Assembly (NCBI GenBank): GCA_013265495.1
Contig: MU058384.1
Location: 3,767,239 to 3,831,238, forward strand
DNA from: Vicugna vicugna
Lineage: Eukaryota
DNA: 64,000 bases
Reading direction: 5' to 3'
The position numbers and the translations under genes were made by a program. The notes under the pieces are model-generated. The model was given only the letters and a program-made list of their open reading frames with translations. It was not told the DNA's origin and did not search any database. Shown one piece after another: positions 50,901 to 59,741 of this stretch (position 1 is its first letter; each line of letters opens with the position of its first letter).

Positions 50901-53021
50901 TCCATGTATTATTTATTATTTTTAAAAATTTTTATTGAGGTATAGTTGATTTATAATATATAAGTTTCAGGTGTACAAATAGTAATTCACAGTTTTTAAG
51001 GGTTATACTCTATGTTTTATTAAAAATGTTGGTTTTATTCCTTGTATATTATTTATTATCACTGAAGTGACAAAACACAGTGATGGAGAACAGCTCAGTG
51101 GTTGCCAGCAGTTAGGGTTCAGAGATGTGTGTAACTATAAAGCAGTATTTTATGGACTTTGTTTGTGGTAATGGAACAGTTCTGAACCCTGATTAAGATG
51201 GTGGTCACACAAATCTACACATGTGATAAAACGTAGTAGAGCTATTCACCAAGACCTAAAAAATTATGGCATCTAAACCTGGTATAATCCAAATAAGTTT
51301 AACTGTGTTGTGCCGCTGTCAGTTTCCTGGTTTGATAGTTGTACTATGGTTATTTAACATATTGTCGCTGGGGGGAAGCTGGGTAAAGGGTACATGGGAA
51401 TCCTCCGTACTATTTTGCAACTTCTGAGTGAGCCTACAATTATTTAAAAATTAAAAAAACCAGGTGCAGGGCAACACGTGAAAGGGAAGGGATAAAATTT
51501 GTGTTCGTATTTGTTCGTATAAGGCATGAACAATTATTAACTCCATTTCCAGCCCCTCTCCTGTCTCTGGAGGGTGAGGGGTAAGGCTGAAATTTCCAAG
51601 CTTCTAATCATGGCTTGGTCTTTCTTGTGACCAACCCCCATCCAGGAGCCCACTTGAATTGCCTCATTAGAACAAAAGATGCTCCTGTTTCCCTTATCAC
51701 TTAAGAATTTACAGAGGTTTTAGGAGCCCTGATGAGATAGGGTTTCAGAGATGGGGTCAAAGACAAATATTAGAACAAGAGATGTTCCCAGTGTTCTTAT
51801 CACTTAGAAAATTACAAGGGTTTTAGGAGCTCTTTGCCAGGACCTGAGGGGCAGAGACCAATATTTATCTTCTATTATCTCATAGGTACAGAGACAGTGG
51901 AAAGGTTCTGAGTTGTGGTGGATAAACTTTTCTCATCACACAGTAACCTGCTCTTCCCTTGGGCTGGCAATGGCCTGTCTGTGAGATCATCAGCCTGTTC
52001 ACAGTGTGTCTCTTACTTCACATCTGGAAACCATTAGCATCCCCTCTGAATGGTTAGACACAGATAGTGTTGCAGGGGACAAATTTGTTTCTCGCTCTAA
52101 TATTTTGACTCTGAAATGGTCTCCAGGAAAAGAAAAAACAAAAACAGAAGCAAAAAGCTTTATGAGAAGCATTCCTGAAGAAAATGTTTGTCACCAAAAG
52201 AAAGACGGCTTCTTGTCATAAACATAAAGTCAAGTTGTTCCTGGTTCACATCAGTATTTGCAGACTGTTTTTAGGGGACCCCACGTGTATGAATATTGAG
52301 GTGCTCAGGCAGAAGATTCAGTATCTGAGAGCAAACACTGTAGTGGCCAACACTGTGTCAGTCACCTCAGAATTTAGAGACACTGTTCCAGAATATGGGT
52401 ATTTTTGTTACGTCCCATTTGAAGTAATACTAGTAACAGCAAAATAATAACAGCTAATGTTTAAGGAGTGCACTGTGCTGAGCACTTTACAAGTATTACC
52501 TCAAGTGGTCTTCACAACAGCCTGTGAGATGGACACGCATATTCTCCACTTACAGTTAAAGAGTGAGGCTCAGAGAGGTGGAGGAATTTGCCCCAAATCA
52601 TGCAAATACTAGCAATCACATTTTGATATTCACGTCCACATTCTTAACATTTCTATGACCTTGTCTAGCCTCATTGTTCTAATTCTATAACTGTCACTGT
52701 TACTTCAAGTGAGGCAGGGAGGCATTAGGTCAGAAACTTCTGTAAAATCCTACCAACCTGTGCTTTCTTTTTGAAAATTCGCAATTTTCACACAGATACT
52801 GATATTTTGTTGATTGACTGACTTTATTGCCTGACTCTTTTAGCTCCCAGTTTTTGCTCTGAAGTCACTTTGAAATATTACTTGCTTATATTTAACATTC
52901 TACGTATTATCAGTGACCACATACCAATTTTCATTTTAGGTTTTTTGAAATGGTGAACACCATTACCGAAGAGAAGGGGAGAGCTACGGAGGAAGGAGAT
53001 TGTGAAAGTGACTCCCTGGAG
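3849..53021 (+). CDS. MAP3K5: MAP3K5/ASK1, partial spliced CDS: join(3849..3872,9080..9273,10056..10224,11445..11551,14101..14271,24148..24260,31453..31612,34155..34308,40004..40111,46149..46198,48615..48710,52940..53021)
   Basis: 12 AG/GT-bounded exons with compatible phases give 1428 nt = 476 codons with no stop. The translation ([20 protein letters not shown]...DCESDSLE) matches ASK1 residues 197-672 as recalled. The gene continues beyond both window ends. Confidence 0.98.
4170..4350. repeat. Degenerate (TA/CA/TG)n low-complexity tract
   Basis: Alternating purine-pyrimidine run; explains ORF 4152..4391. Confidence 0.8.
7740..8860. mobile_element. L2 fragments in both orientations (+ ~7740-8170, - ~8190-8640, + 3' end ~8700-8860)
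   Basis: Recognisable L2 motifs such as gggcaagagtggatgcaaggagaccagctaa (antisense) and aataaatatttaattgattgatgg (3' tail). Confidence 0.6.
9080..9273 (+). CDS. MAP3K5: MAP3K5 exon 4, MCTGNY...KVAQASS(S), thioredoxin-binding region (includes C206, C225, C226, C250)
   Basis: ccacag|ATG...TCCAG|gtgagg; 194 nt, phase 0-2; lies in ORF 9017..9277. Confidence 0.97.
10056..10224 (+). CDS. MAP3K5: MAP3K5 exon 5, [13 protein letters not shown]...SYRDIQ
   Basis: aacag|CCAG...ATTCAG|gtaaga; 169 nt, phase 2-0. Confidence 0.97.
11267..11326 (-). mobile_element. 60-bp young L1 3' tip with 12-bp TSD
   Basis: tttattgaagtatggtcagtttacaatgttgtgtcaat, flanked by ttctagttctct at 11255-11266 and 11327-11338. 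Confidence 0.85.
11445..11551 (+). CDS. MAP3K5: MAP3K5 exon 6, DYDSIVK...[13 protein letters not shown](R)
   Basis: ggaag|GAC...AATAG|gtaaga; 107 nt, phase 0-2. Confidence 0.97.
11781..11984 (-). mobile_element. L1 3' fragment, internally deleted, containing (GATA)13
   Basis: tttattgaagcatagttgatatacag... then atccattcatctatcaatggacatttaggttg...cttggctattgt. Confidence 0.8.
11867..11918. repeat. (GATA)13 microsatellite
   Basis: Read directly from the sequence. Confidence 0.97.
12560..12700 (-). mobile_element. MIR SINE
   Basis: attttaccagtgaggaaactgaagctgggagaggttgagtgacttt...caaggctca is the MIR core, antisense. Confidence 0.75.
13165..13494 (-). mobile_element. L1MA/L1MB-type 3' end
   Basis: cacataccatacaatt...aaagtgtacaattcaatgg...ctaggcaaccactaatctac...tctatagatttgcctattctggacatt. 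Confidence 0.85.
14101..14271 (+). CDS. MAP3K5: MAP3K5 exon 7, [19 protein letters not shown]...ESRDRGAS(W)
   Basis: ccttag|GAGA...TCTTG|gtaagt; 171 nt, phase 2-2. Confidence 0.97.
14480..16010 (+). mobile_element. Old L1 (L1ME-like) ORF2 3' part and 3' UTR, interrupted by a SINE
   Basis: aaagaagacctgaatgaatgggaaaatatacc...ttgacaaattgattctaaaat...gtggagggacttgttctac...atccagcagatctcctcctag; decayed. Confidence 0.75.
15727..15911 (+). mobile_element. tRNA-derived SINE (camelid Vic-1-like)
   Basis: ggtatagctcaggtggtaaagtgcatgttagcatgc head, aataaacctaattacc tail and poly(A); 16-bp TSD aaaa(c/t)attttatttct at 15711-15726 and 15912-15927. Confidence 0.85.
18795..18829. promoter_or_regulatory. 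Candidate intronic STAT (GAS) x3 / NF-kB motif cluster
   Basis: TTCCTGGAA (18795), TTCCAGGAA (18805), TTCTAGGAA (18821) and TGGAATTTCC (18799-18808). Motif evidence only. Confidence 0.35.
19020..19440. mobile_element. Old MaLR (MLT1-like) LTR fragment inserted among MIR pieces
   Basis: cttaagcaataaaa...aagtccagaaatagggctg...ggttgcaaggtggctg...atttcaggcatca resembles MLT1; MIR pieces at ~18600-19010 and ~19460-19520. Confidence 0.5.
20552..21700. repeat. Inverted repeat: arms ~20552-20752 and ~21484-21700, 731-bp spacer
   Basis: Hand alignment of revcomp(20573-20752) to 21484-21663 gives 164/180 identical with no gaps, including a 46-bp perfect run. Confidence 0.93.
20760..22300 (-). mobile_element. 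Old L1M, ORF2 endonuclease region and inter-ORF sequence, decayed
   Basis: ORF 21086..21340 ([16 protein letters not shown]...HNRIKLE...KLDSLLLNN) resembles the L1 ORF2 endonuclease C-terminal region. Confidence 0.85.
24148..24260 (+). CDS. MAP3K5: MAP3K5 exon 8, [37 protein letters not shown](G)
   Basis: tatatag|GTTC...GTTG|gtaatt; 113 nt, phase 2-1. Confidence 0.97.
25698..25887 (+). mobile_element. L1MA-type 3' end with degraded TSD
   Basis: gtagatcttaaatgttctca...tgtataccttaaacttacac...aaagctaggggaaaaaa; flanks aagatggtcatcagtct / aggatggtcagcactct. Confidence 0.85.
26940..28380 (+). mobile_element. Old L1 (L1MC/MD/ME-like) 3' region, interrupted by a SINE
   Basis: ttgccaaaaatgtttaacctg...gacattctattggac...gtacttaagggtgaaatgtc...ttaactcaaaatggttt. 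Confidence 0.7.
27858..27986 (+). mobile_element. tRNA-derived SINE (Vic-1-like), A-box region deleted
   Basis: ggggagggtata...gcttagcatgcatgaggtcctgggttcagtccccagtacctcc, A-rich tail, flanked by gatttaga repeats. Confidence 0.85.
28390..28570 (+). mobile_element. MIR SINE
   Basis: ctgtgtgacttggaacaagttgctcaacatctctcagcct...ctgcaaaagggagataat. Confidence 0.75.
30505..30694 (-). mobile_element. Young L1 3' tip with perfect 14-bp TSD
   Basis: ttttattgaagtatagtcagttt...gatattgaatatagttccctgtgctataca; TSD tgacactttaatgt at 30491-30504 and 30695-30708. Confidence 0.92.
30800..30935 (+). mobile_element. L1 ORF2 fragment
   Basis: aacaaagttggtggatttac...cctgatttcaag...tataaagcctcagtaatcaagacagtg. 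Confidence 0.75.
31453..31612 (+). CDS. MAP3K5: MAP3K5 exon 9, [11 protein letters not shown]...SYWEVGFF...LKTPA(W)
   Basis: ttctag|GCGTG...GCATG|gtaata; 160 nt, phase 1-2. Confidence 0.97.
33551..33844 (-). mobile_element. L1 3' tip with 10-bp TSD
   Basis: ttttattggagtgtagttgatttacaatg...ttccctgtgctatacagtaggtccttg...ccctttggtaaccataa; TSD cattatttta. Confidence 0.9.
33870..34030 (+). mobile_element. MIR SINE
   Basis: gttacttaagctctctaggcctcagtttcctcatctttacaatgg. Confidence 0.8.
34155..34308 (+). CDS. MAP3K5: MAP3K5 exon 10, [10 protein letters not shown]...TVVRFP
   Basis: ttttag|GTAC...TTTCCA|gtaagt; 154 nt, phase 2-0. Confidence 0.97.
34891..34912. repeat. (AC)11 microsatellite
   Basis: Read directly from the sequence. 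Confidence 0.95.
36230..36375 (+). mobile_element. L1 3' tip (sense to host gene)
   Basis: tgtaataacatataatgaaaaagaatctgaaaa...tataactgaatcgctttgctgtacacctgaaactaa...ttcaacaaaaa plus A-rich tail. Confidence 0.88.
37140..37560 (+). mobile_element. Old L1M 5'/ORF1-region fragment
   Basis: actagacattccaagaagcaggaaaa...gagttaccagataaggac...aaatggatgaaaag...aaaagtcaaatgaa. Confidence 0.55.
40004..40111 (+). CDS. MAP3K5: MAP3K5 exon 11, VLILEPTK...HVLPDDK (PH domain)
   Basis: ttcaag|GTATTA...GACAAG|gtaaat; 108 nt, phase 0-0. Confidence 0.97.
40925..41400. mobile_element. L2 3' end (-, ~40925-41150) followed by MIR (+, ~41180-41400)
   Basis: gagcacttactctgtg...cctgccctcgtggtgcttac; acagacctgggcttaaatcct...cctcatctgtggaatgggataata. 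Confidence 0.75.
41521..42100 (+). mobile_element. MER21-like LTR, 3'-truncated
   Basis: tgtgatattgtg...aagaaatatatatttg...cctaaaacccttggaat...gcgtatgtaatgaagcctccataaaa...gagagcatggaagctcc. Confidence 0.85.
43645..44090. mobile_element. Old MaLR (MLT1-like) LTR
   Basis: aaaagtgacttaaataataaggaa...cagtggctcagcagtgtca...ccagcatcac...ggaagggaatggctgttg...caacagcttctgccaca. Confidence 0.55.
46149..46198 (+). CDS. MAP3K5: MAP3K5 exon 12, [16 protein letters not shown](S)
   Basis: ttctag|AAAGGT...GTGAG|gtaagt; 50 nt, phase 0-2. Confidence 0.96.
47845..48045. mobile_element. MER58-like hAT-Charlie DNA transposon
   Basis: ggggttggtgaactacagcccacagg...ttttgtaaataaaattttattggaac.cagccac...ctggcccgttgcagaaaa. 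Confidence 0.85.
48615..48710 (+). CDS. MAP3K5: MAP3K5 exon 13, [31 protein letters not shown](K)
   Basis: tttcag|TATT...TAAAAA|gtacgt; 96 nt, phase 2-2. Confidence 0.97.
49058..49170. mobile_element. MER5-like DNA transposon, internally deleted
   Basis: cagtggctcttagct...tattagaatcaactgg...gttaagaactagtg termini. Confidence 0.6.
50883..51521 (-). mobile_element. TSD-flanked insertion containing an old L1MC-like 3' end (+) and ~60 bp of non-L1 sequence
   Basis: 18-bp TSD aggcatgaacaatt(g/a)tta at 50865-50882 and 51522-51539; the LTR resumes exactly after it. Confidence 0.75.
50920..51046 (-). mobile_element. Young L1 3' tip nested in the above insertion
   Basis: tttttattgaggtatagttgattt...gtttcaggtgtaca; TSD tattatttattat at 50907-50919 and 51047-51059. 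Confidence 0.85.
52440..52660 (-). mobile_element. MIR SINE
   Basis: aataataacagctaatgttta...cttcacaacagcctgtgag...gaggctcagagaggtggaggaatttgccc. Confidence 0.8.
52940..53021 (+). CDS. MAP3K5: MAP3K5 exon 14, [27 protein letters not shown] (linker before kinase domain)
   Basis: ttttag|GTTT...CTGGAG|gtaatg; 82 nt, phase 2-0. Confidence 0.97.
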
Positions 53022-53103
53022 GTAATGCCTTCGGTCTCTGCATTCATTTTACTAAGTTTCTCTGTGGCTGATTTGTTTTTTAAATAACATTTTCCACTTT
53101 TCA

Positions 53104-53268
53104 TTTTTTAAATTTTATCTATTTATTTATTTTAAAAAATTTGAGAGGGAGGAGGTAGTTAGGTTTTTTTTGTTTTTTGTTTTTTAATGGAGGTACTGGG
53201 GATTGAACCTGGGACCTTCCGCATGCTAGGCATGTACTCTGCCACTGAGCTATACCATCCTGTGCCCC
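53104..53268 (-). mobile_element. tRNA-derived SINE (Vic-1-like)
   Basis: aatggaggtactggggattgaacctgggacc...gcatgctaggcatgtactctgccactgagctatacc is the reverse complement of the head seen at 15727 and 27858. Confidence 0.9.
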
Positions 53269-56200
53269 AATTTTTTTTAAATGAACCATTTGAAGTTTTA
53301 CTAAGGGAAAGGGGTATGTGTGTATGTGTGTGTTTTATGTGAGTAGTGGTGAAGGGTAGAGGACTCAGCCAGAGCCTGTAATCTTTCCCTTAATATTAAT
53401 AGCAACTTATAGAATTCCTTTGGTTAAAAAGGGGCTGGAAAGCAAACATTGAAACACTAAGGAATAATGAGTTTTTGCATCTTACTTATGTGATAGTGAG
53501 TAGCTATGCTTTATCTTGGAGGGTGTTGATTACCCTCAAAGCAAGGACCACAGTGCCCTCACACATTTTATACTCTCCTCTGAGATATGTGCAATTCACA
53601 CAAGCAAATGTAATGAAAATTCTGAATGGTAGAGCCCTTTGTGGTCCTCATTTGTATGCTTACATTAAGAACCTGAAACAATGGAAGATGAACAGAACAG
53701 AGGAGGTAGTGACAATCACCCCCAGAGCTCTCCCTCTCGGCTGCAGTCCTTTCACTTGCGCCTCCTGGATACAGTGCACTGCAGGCACCTGTGTGCACAC
53801 TGTGTCCGTTTCCTCTGTCATGTCTGTCTACCGTGTGTAGACAAGCCTCCCAGCGCAGTGAGGACCAAGGCTGGAGAGTTTCAAGAGTGCTGACTTTAGT
53901 ACCTGGGCATCTTCAGTGTCTGAAGGACGCCCCGTCTCCAGGCATGGCCGTGGGCCTCTGTTTTCTCTGAGCCCTTCCCCTATATGACTTGGGATGGAGT
54001 TCTGAATCCAAGAAATACTGGAAAATGACATTTCTAATGTAAAAGTGAGATTGAAGAAAGCAGAGCAGCAACCTGACTGGCATACTTAGGTATTAGATCA
54101 CTTTGTTGTCATCTCATACACTAGAAGTTTTATATAAGCCTTGAAGTAGTCAGATAACAGCTGAGAATTTAAATATAATAACCAATTGTTAAGTCTGTCT
54201 ACAGTGAAGTCCTGTAATTATCTAGCAGTTGTATAGTTTTGATAGTCCTAGATAAGCCTAAGACTCTTTCATTAAAGTTATAAGAAGATGATAGACCTAA
54301 TTTCGAAAAAAATCTTCCCTATGAACTAACTTGCTGTCTATAGGAGTAATAGACATACCTCTTCTTTGTCCCTGCTTTACATTTTATAATTTTCCATTTT
54401 CTTGTTTAAGAGATTATGCTGCAGCCTGGATCTCTTGACTTCTACATCAGTGCTCTTTTGACTCTATCTCATTATCTCTGTTTGTATTTGGGTTAAATTT
54501 AGAATCACTTGATACATAGCCACTGTCAGGGTAAAAATTAACAAAGACAATGAAAATGAAACACTTCCATTAGTAGTAAATTATAATGTGGATAGACTGG
54601 AAAATTCAGAAAGTTCTTTTACAATACCATAAATTGCTGTTTGTGTGTGTGTGTTTTTTTTAAACCAGTGATATCCAGCCTTTATTTCATACCCTTCTTT
54701 GAAAAACTTAATCTGTCTTAGCAAAAATACACCTACCACAGCCAGGCTATGGTGGCCATGTTAGACATGCTTAGTCTTCGTAACTGACTGAATCAACAGT
54801 TTAGAGATTCTGCTGTAGAAACTCCTTTAACCATATGCATAGCATAACATAGCTTTAATCGCCTTAGAATTTGTGAGAATCCGGCCAGCTGATTTTTCTA
54901 AGACTCAGTCTCCTATAATGTAAAAGGGGTAGGTAGATCTCTTTTCAGAGAGCTTTCAAGAAGATGCAGGGTCCAGACTTTCTGCTCTATATGCAGTGGT
55001 AGTAAATGGAGTGGGCTTTGTGAGACACCTTTCCCGATCAGACAATTCTGCTGCAAAGCACTGCGAACACTCACCAGCCAAATAAAGACGGAAATGCTCA
55101 GGCCTCTTCCCAGGAATATCCAGAGAGTTTCAGTTGGTCTGCTGACCTCACAAAAAACAGCTCATACCATAGTGCTCTCTGATTCATCAATGTGGTCCTA
55201 ACTCATGCTTCTCTTATATTTCTGCCCTTCGCATTCTATCAGAATGATTTAAAATGTATGACATAGAATGGCTTCTGCAGCATCCCCAGTGGACAGTAGA
55301 GTCTGGACGGTGAACCCAAGCACCCTTGTTTGAAGTATTTTGGCTTAGTTTGCCATTATGCCACCACTAGTGATACTGCCGATGCTGTATTCATGGGTGT
55401 TCTGTTAGCATAACATTAATAAACAGATACAGTGATGTTCTGGGCTGTGACGAGGATGATGTCCATCTTGGCTCTCCCTCTCATGGACTATCCCTCCATA
55501 GCCAGAGCTTTACAATATGAGTTATTACATAGCCTTAACTTATATTTTTGCATAATTTATGGTAACTCCATTATACCCTTGATTACATTTCTAGCTGTTT
55601 TCAACATTCTTGGCTAAAATTATTTTTTCAGTATTCTAAATATTTGATTAAGATGAGTTCCTAAATTTCATTACCACAAACTGAACTTTAACGTCAGCCC
55701 ATGAATGGCACACCCCAAATAATTCTTCCTCTTCCCATTCTTCATGGTAGAAACAAGAAGGATTACTTTGGTGATGAAGATTTGTGTGCAGAATCAGGAT
55801 TCTCTGATTTTTACCTCCATTTTGAGAGAGAATTAAAATGGTTTCAGTACATGTGTCAGTCATTCTTGAAGCCTCTGGGTACCTTGGCCCAAAACAAAAT
55901 TAAACAGTTGGAAAGGTCAGATGCCCTGTAAGGTTTTTTAACTTCTCTTGGGGTGGTGTCAACATTGGGCAAACATTAACTATTAATGTGGTTCCATAAG
56001 CCACAAATTTGAAGCTAATCCTTAGACTTCTTATTCGACGCCCAAGTGAAGATTTGCTTTTCTTTCTGCTTTGGATAATAAAGTTTCTTTGAGGCAGCAC
56101 AGTTGTGGGAGGGATTCAGCCTCCTTTGGGTCATGGTCAGACCCCTCCTCCAACCGATCATACTTGACTCTAATCAGATCCCTGTACTGGGGTCAGGGGC

Positions 56201-56619
56201 CCTTAGCTTCTGGTTCCTGCTTTTCCAACAGCCTGTTTTATAACGTTGAACAAAATTCTTACTCCTTCTGGGTTAAGGTGATATCATTCCTTAAATGAGA
56301 GTTGAACAAGAAGATCTTTAATGTCCTTTCCTAGCTCGCATTTTTTATAATTTTCAAAATTAGTACAAAGAGTGCATGGTTTTTTAAAATACAGCTCAAT
56401 ACCACTTTAGAGGACTTTTCTGTTTTTTAACAGAAAGAGAAACAGCTTCTTTTGATTCAAGGCCATGTTTTTGGACTCAAGGCTGTATTTTGAAATGGAA
56501 GAGTTATGAACCCATGTCTTAAATAATTTAATGTATTCATAAATTTATATTGAAATCATTAAACAATTGATTGCAGTTAACTATACAAGTTCTAACACTC
56601 ACCAGCTGTGGTCTCTGTT

Positions 56620-57500
56620 TTTGTTCTCCCAGCCTCTCACATCTTCACTAAGAGCGAGGGCATCTACACAGTTACCCAAGCCAGCACCTCAGAGAAACCT
56701 CTGCTCCAGCCACTCTTTTCCTCCAGCCCCTCCATCTCATTCTGTCACTCCCCGCACCTCAGGTCCTCATCATCTCTCACGTGGCCTGATCTCTCTCCTT
56801 CCATCAGTGCACTGTCTCTGCTATCATTGAAGAGATCTCTCATGCAGTTTAATACCGTGACTGCTCTAATAAAAACCTTTGATGCTACTCTTTGTAGAAG
56901 GTTTCCATACCATACGATGTTCTTACCTGTAACTTACCCTCTCCTTTCTACCCTGCAGTCCAGCAATGCCAAAGTCCTTTCCGTTTTGCAGACAGCCAAG
57001 CCTTTCCTGCCTATGGGCTTGACGTGTAGCGGCCCAGCTCCACATGCTTTTTCTGCTTTGTCCTCCTTGGTGACGGCATCCTAATTTTTTGACATCCAAC
57101 TCAAGTGTCTTTTTTTTTTTTCTTTGAGTCATTTTCAACACCTCTTCTCACTTTTCCCTGCTCTTACAGCCTTTTTGCCCTCTCCTCTGCCCTAACTCTT
57201 CTCATTGCATTGCAATTCGATAACCTGCCCCAGACTGTTCAATCTCAAGGCTGGACTATGGCTCTGTTTACCTTCTAACCACAAAGTCTTGTGTTTAGCC
57301 AGGCATCCAAGCAGAAGTTCATTCCGAAGGATTAGAAGGGTTTGAAGCTGGGGAGTGACAAAACCAGAGTTGTTTAAACAATATCTCAAACTAGGGGAGG
57401 GAGATATGGATTGGAGGGAGCAGAGGAAATGCTGGGACACTGGCTCAAAGGTTGTTTAATCAACATTAAGTCAATGAAAGAATGAATGCCATAATCAAGC
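56620..57500 (+). mobile_element. L2 fragments
   Basis: catctacacagttacccaagccag...ctgcagtccagcaatgcc...caaaggttgtttaatcaa...gaatgaatg; decayed. Confidence 0.5.
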
Positions 57501-58175
57501 TGAATATCATAATAAAGTCTCTATTGATTTATTCTCTTCATCTCTCACTTTTTTTTACTTCTTTGAAAAAAACATCAATTGCTGACGTTCTTTGGTGTTC
57601 AGTACAGAATATGTTTTCTTCCTCCTCATGCCTCTCTCAAACATAACATATATTCTCCCTGCCTCCCTCCTTCTCTTGTTCCCACCCTCCTTCCCTCCCT
57701 TTCTCCCTAATCCCTCCTTTTTTTTTATGCATTTGTACTGGACTGTTTTATCAAAATGGGCAGTTGATTTAACACAAGCCTGAGGTAATCGTACCAACAG
57801 GCCCTGTGAACCTGTTCATATGTAGTTTCCAGTGTGCATGAAGAGGAAGATGGCCCCTTGTCAATGGAGAGGGGACAAGCAAGATAAAAGGAATGTCTTC
57901 CTTTGACTCAAACACCTGCCAGATGATGAACTACCTCGCTATTGCTTTTTCTGATGGTTTGCCTCACAGACAGTAACAGTGAATTATGGTTTAGAATTCA
58001 TTTAAATCAATTCAGAGTCATCAAGTAGCACACGGGTTTGTTTTTCTTTAGCATCCTATTTCTATTTTTGTGCAGATCTGAAGCTAAACACCCACAGTTA
58101 CTGCACTGTCTGAGAAAAGCTCTCACTTACAGTGTTGTATGATAAGACTATCAATTTGTGGCTCATTCATTATTC

Positions 58176-58641
58176 TGTTGTGAGGAAAAAAACTTTTTCC
58201 TCTACCAGCTTAGGTTCTGTGATTGGGTGCCTGCAAATTAACTGAGAAAAGACAGCTTAGCAGAAGAAAAGACAAAGTTTATTCCTGTACATGGGAGCAT
58301 GCAAAGAAGGTACCTCTGAACAGCTAGAGTTTAAAGTTTATTTATCTTAATAAGAAAAGTCATTAATAGGACTTTATGGGAAAGCAACAACATGGTGGGA
58401 AATGAATGAGAAACAAGTAGAAGGCAGAAAGTTTTGAAAAGCTGTTGTTTATATAGTGTTCTCATCCAGGTGCAAGTGGTCCTAAACCTCCCCAAGAGGG
58501 AATTATGGCAGCTGTATTTTCAAGAGGCTTGGCTTAAGTCAGCAGAGGAGTAGGTTTTTTTCTACAGCTACTATTTATTCAGATGTTTTCAGCTGGAAAT
58601 AATCTTCCTGTCACATTAGTGGGTCCAAGTGGATCCCATGA
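58176..58641 (-). mobile_element. ERV1-type solo LTR inserted in an L2 tail
   Basis: tgttgtgaggaaaaaaactttttcctctacc...aaaagacagcttagcagaagaaaa...agttttatt; 4-bp TSD attc on both sides. Confidence 0.7.
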
Positions 58642-58950
58642 ATTCACTCAACAAATGTTTATTGGGCACCTGCTATGTGGAAGGCACTCTTCTAGGTGCT
58701 GGGAATCTAGCAGAGAACAAAACAGAGGAAGCCCCTGCCCTCATGAGCTTACATTCTAGTGGGAGACTGATAGTCAATAAATAAAATATTTGTATGTTTG
58801 ATAATGATCAGTGTCAAGGAGAAAAATTAAGCAGGGAAGGATTTGGAGGTTACAGTGTAACACAGTGTGTAATTTTAGACAAGGAGACCAGGGAAGGGAA
58901 CATGTGAGTAAAGATCCAAGGAAGGAGAGAGCTATCAAATGAGATATTTG
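58642..58950 (-). mobile_element. L2 3' end
   Basis: attcactcaacaaatgtttattgggcacctgctatgtg...ccctgccctcatgagcttacattctagtggg. Confidence 0.85.
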
Positions 58951-59741
58951 TACCTAAAGCGTTTCTAGTATTCTGTTAATGTTGTTCATAGATACCGATG
59001 TGCTTAGCATTTTCAAATTAATAAGGCAATACAGACTGAAAATTAGCAAAGCTACCATCTGGGTCTTTGGGGTGACTACTCATCTAAGGTAATTAAGTCC
59101 CAGGGGAATGGCATGGCTTCTTAGAAGGTGATTGTTTTACTCTGGGTCCTTGACGATGCATGGGCGAAGTGAATCACCACATCGTTGCTTGGCCTTGTCA
59201 GTACAGTCTTCCTACGCTCATTCTCTTCCCAGTGCCCGTTTAGACTGTTCTGGGTGGGCAACAAGAGAGGGCTGATTCCAGAAGTGTTTCCATCATTGCT
59301 TCAAAATGCAGTCGTCTCCCTTAGCAACAACCTGATCTGCAAACCCATTGCCATAGAAATAGAATGCAAACTATATAAGCAGTGTAATTTTACTTTTTAT
59401 TCTTTAAAACACTCTATCCCTCCACCCCTGCCTTCTTTTTCTCCACATTTGACATTAGACAGACCCTGCCTTCACTTGGCCCTTGCCCTTTGCCCTATTC
59501 TACTTTTCTGGTCATCACATAGATAATTCTCCATCCTTATAGGCCAGGGCAGTTTTCTTAAACATGCCTTTTCAATTTATATCTCTATATTGTAAGAATA
59601 GACAGAAGAGATTTAAAAAAAAAACAAACAAAGAGAGCAAGCAGCAATTAGCCATTGGAATGATTTTCACTATGACTACTTTGTTTAACAGGAGTCAACC
59701 TCTATGCCTAATAAATATTTTTTCAAGAAAAGAATAGCTTT

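Larger units (their letters stand above)
50253..51884 (-). mobile_element. MER21-like solo LTR, interrupted by a nested insertion
   Basis: cacttcatttctgaca...agatcccacaagttaagggc...gtttaccagtttattaaagga...ttacaagggttttaggagctc; flanks gatac/ggtac (5-bp TSD, one mismatch). Confidence 0.88.

Noticed and set aside
41521..51884. Full provirus between two MER21 LTRs
   Set aside because: The LTRs are in opposite orientation, with host exons and no gag/pol between them.
53186..53262. tRNA gene (also at 15730 and 27858)
   Set aside because: The tRNA-like heads are followed by A-rich tails and TSDs and carry indels, so they are SINEs rather than tRNA genes.
56608..57084. 158-aa Ser/Leu/Pro-rich ORF (+)
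   Set aside because: Pyrimidine-rich L2 remnant; composition explains the lack of stops.
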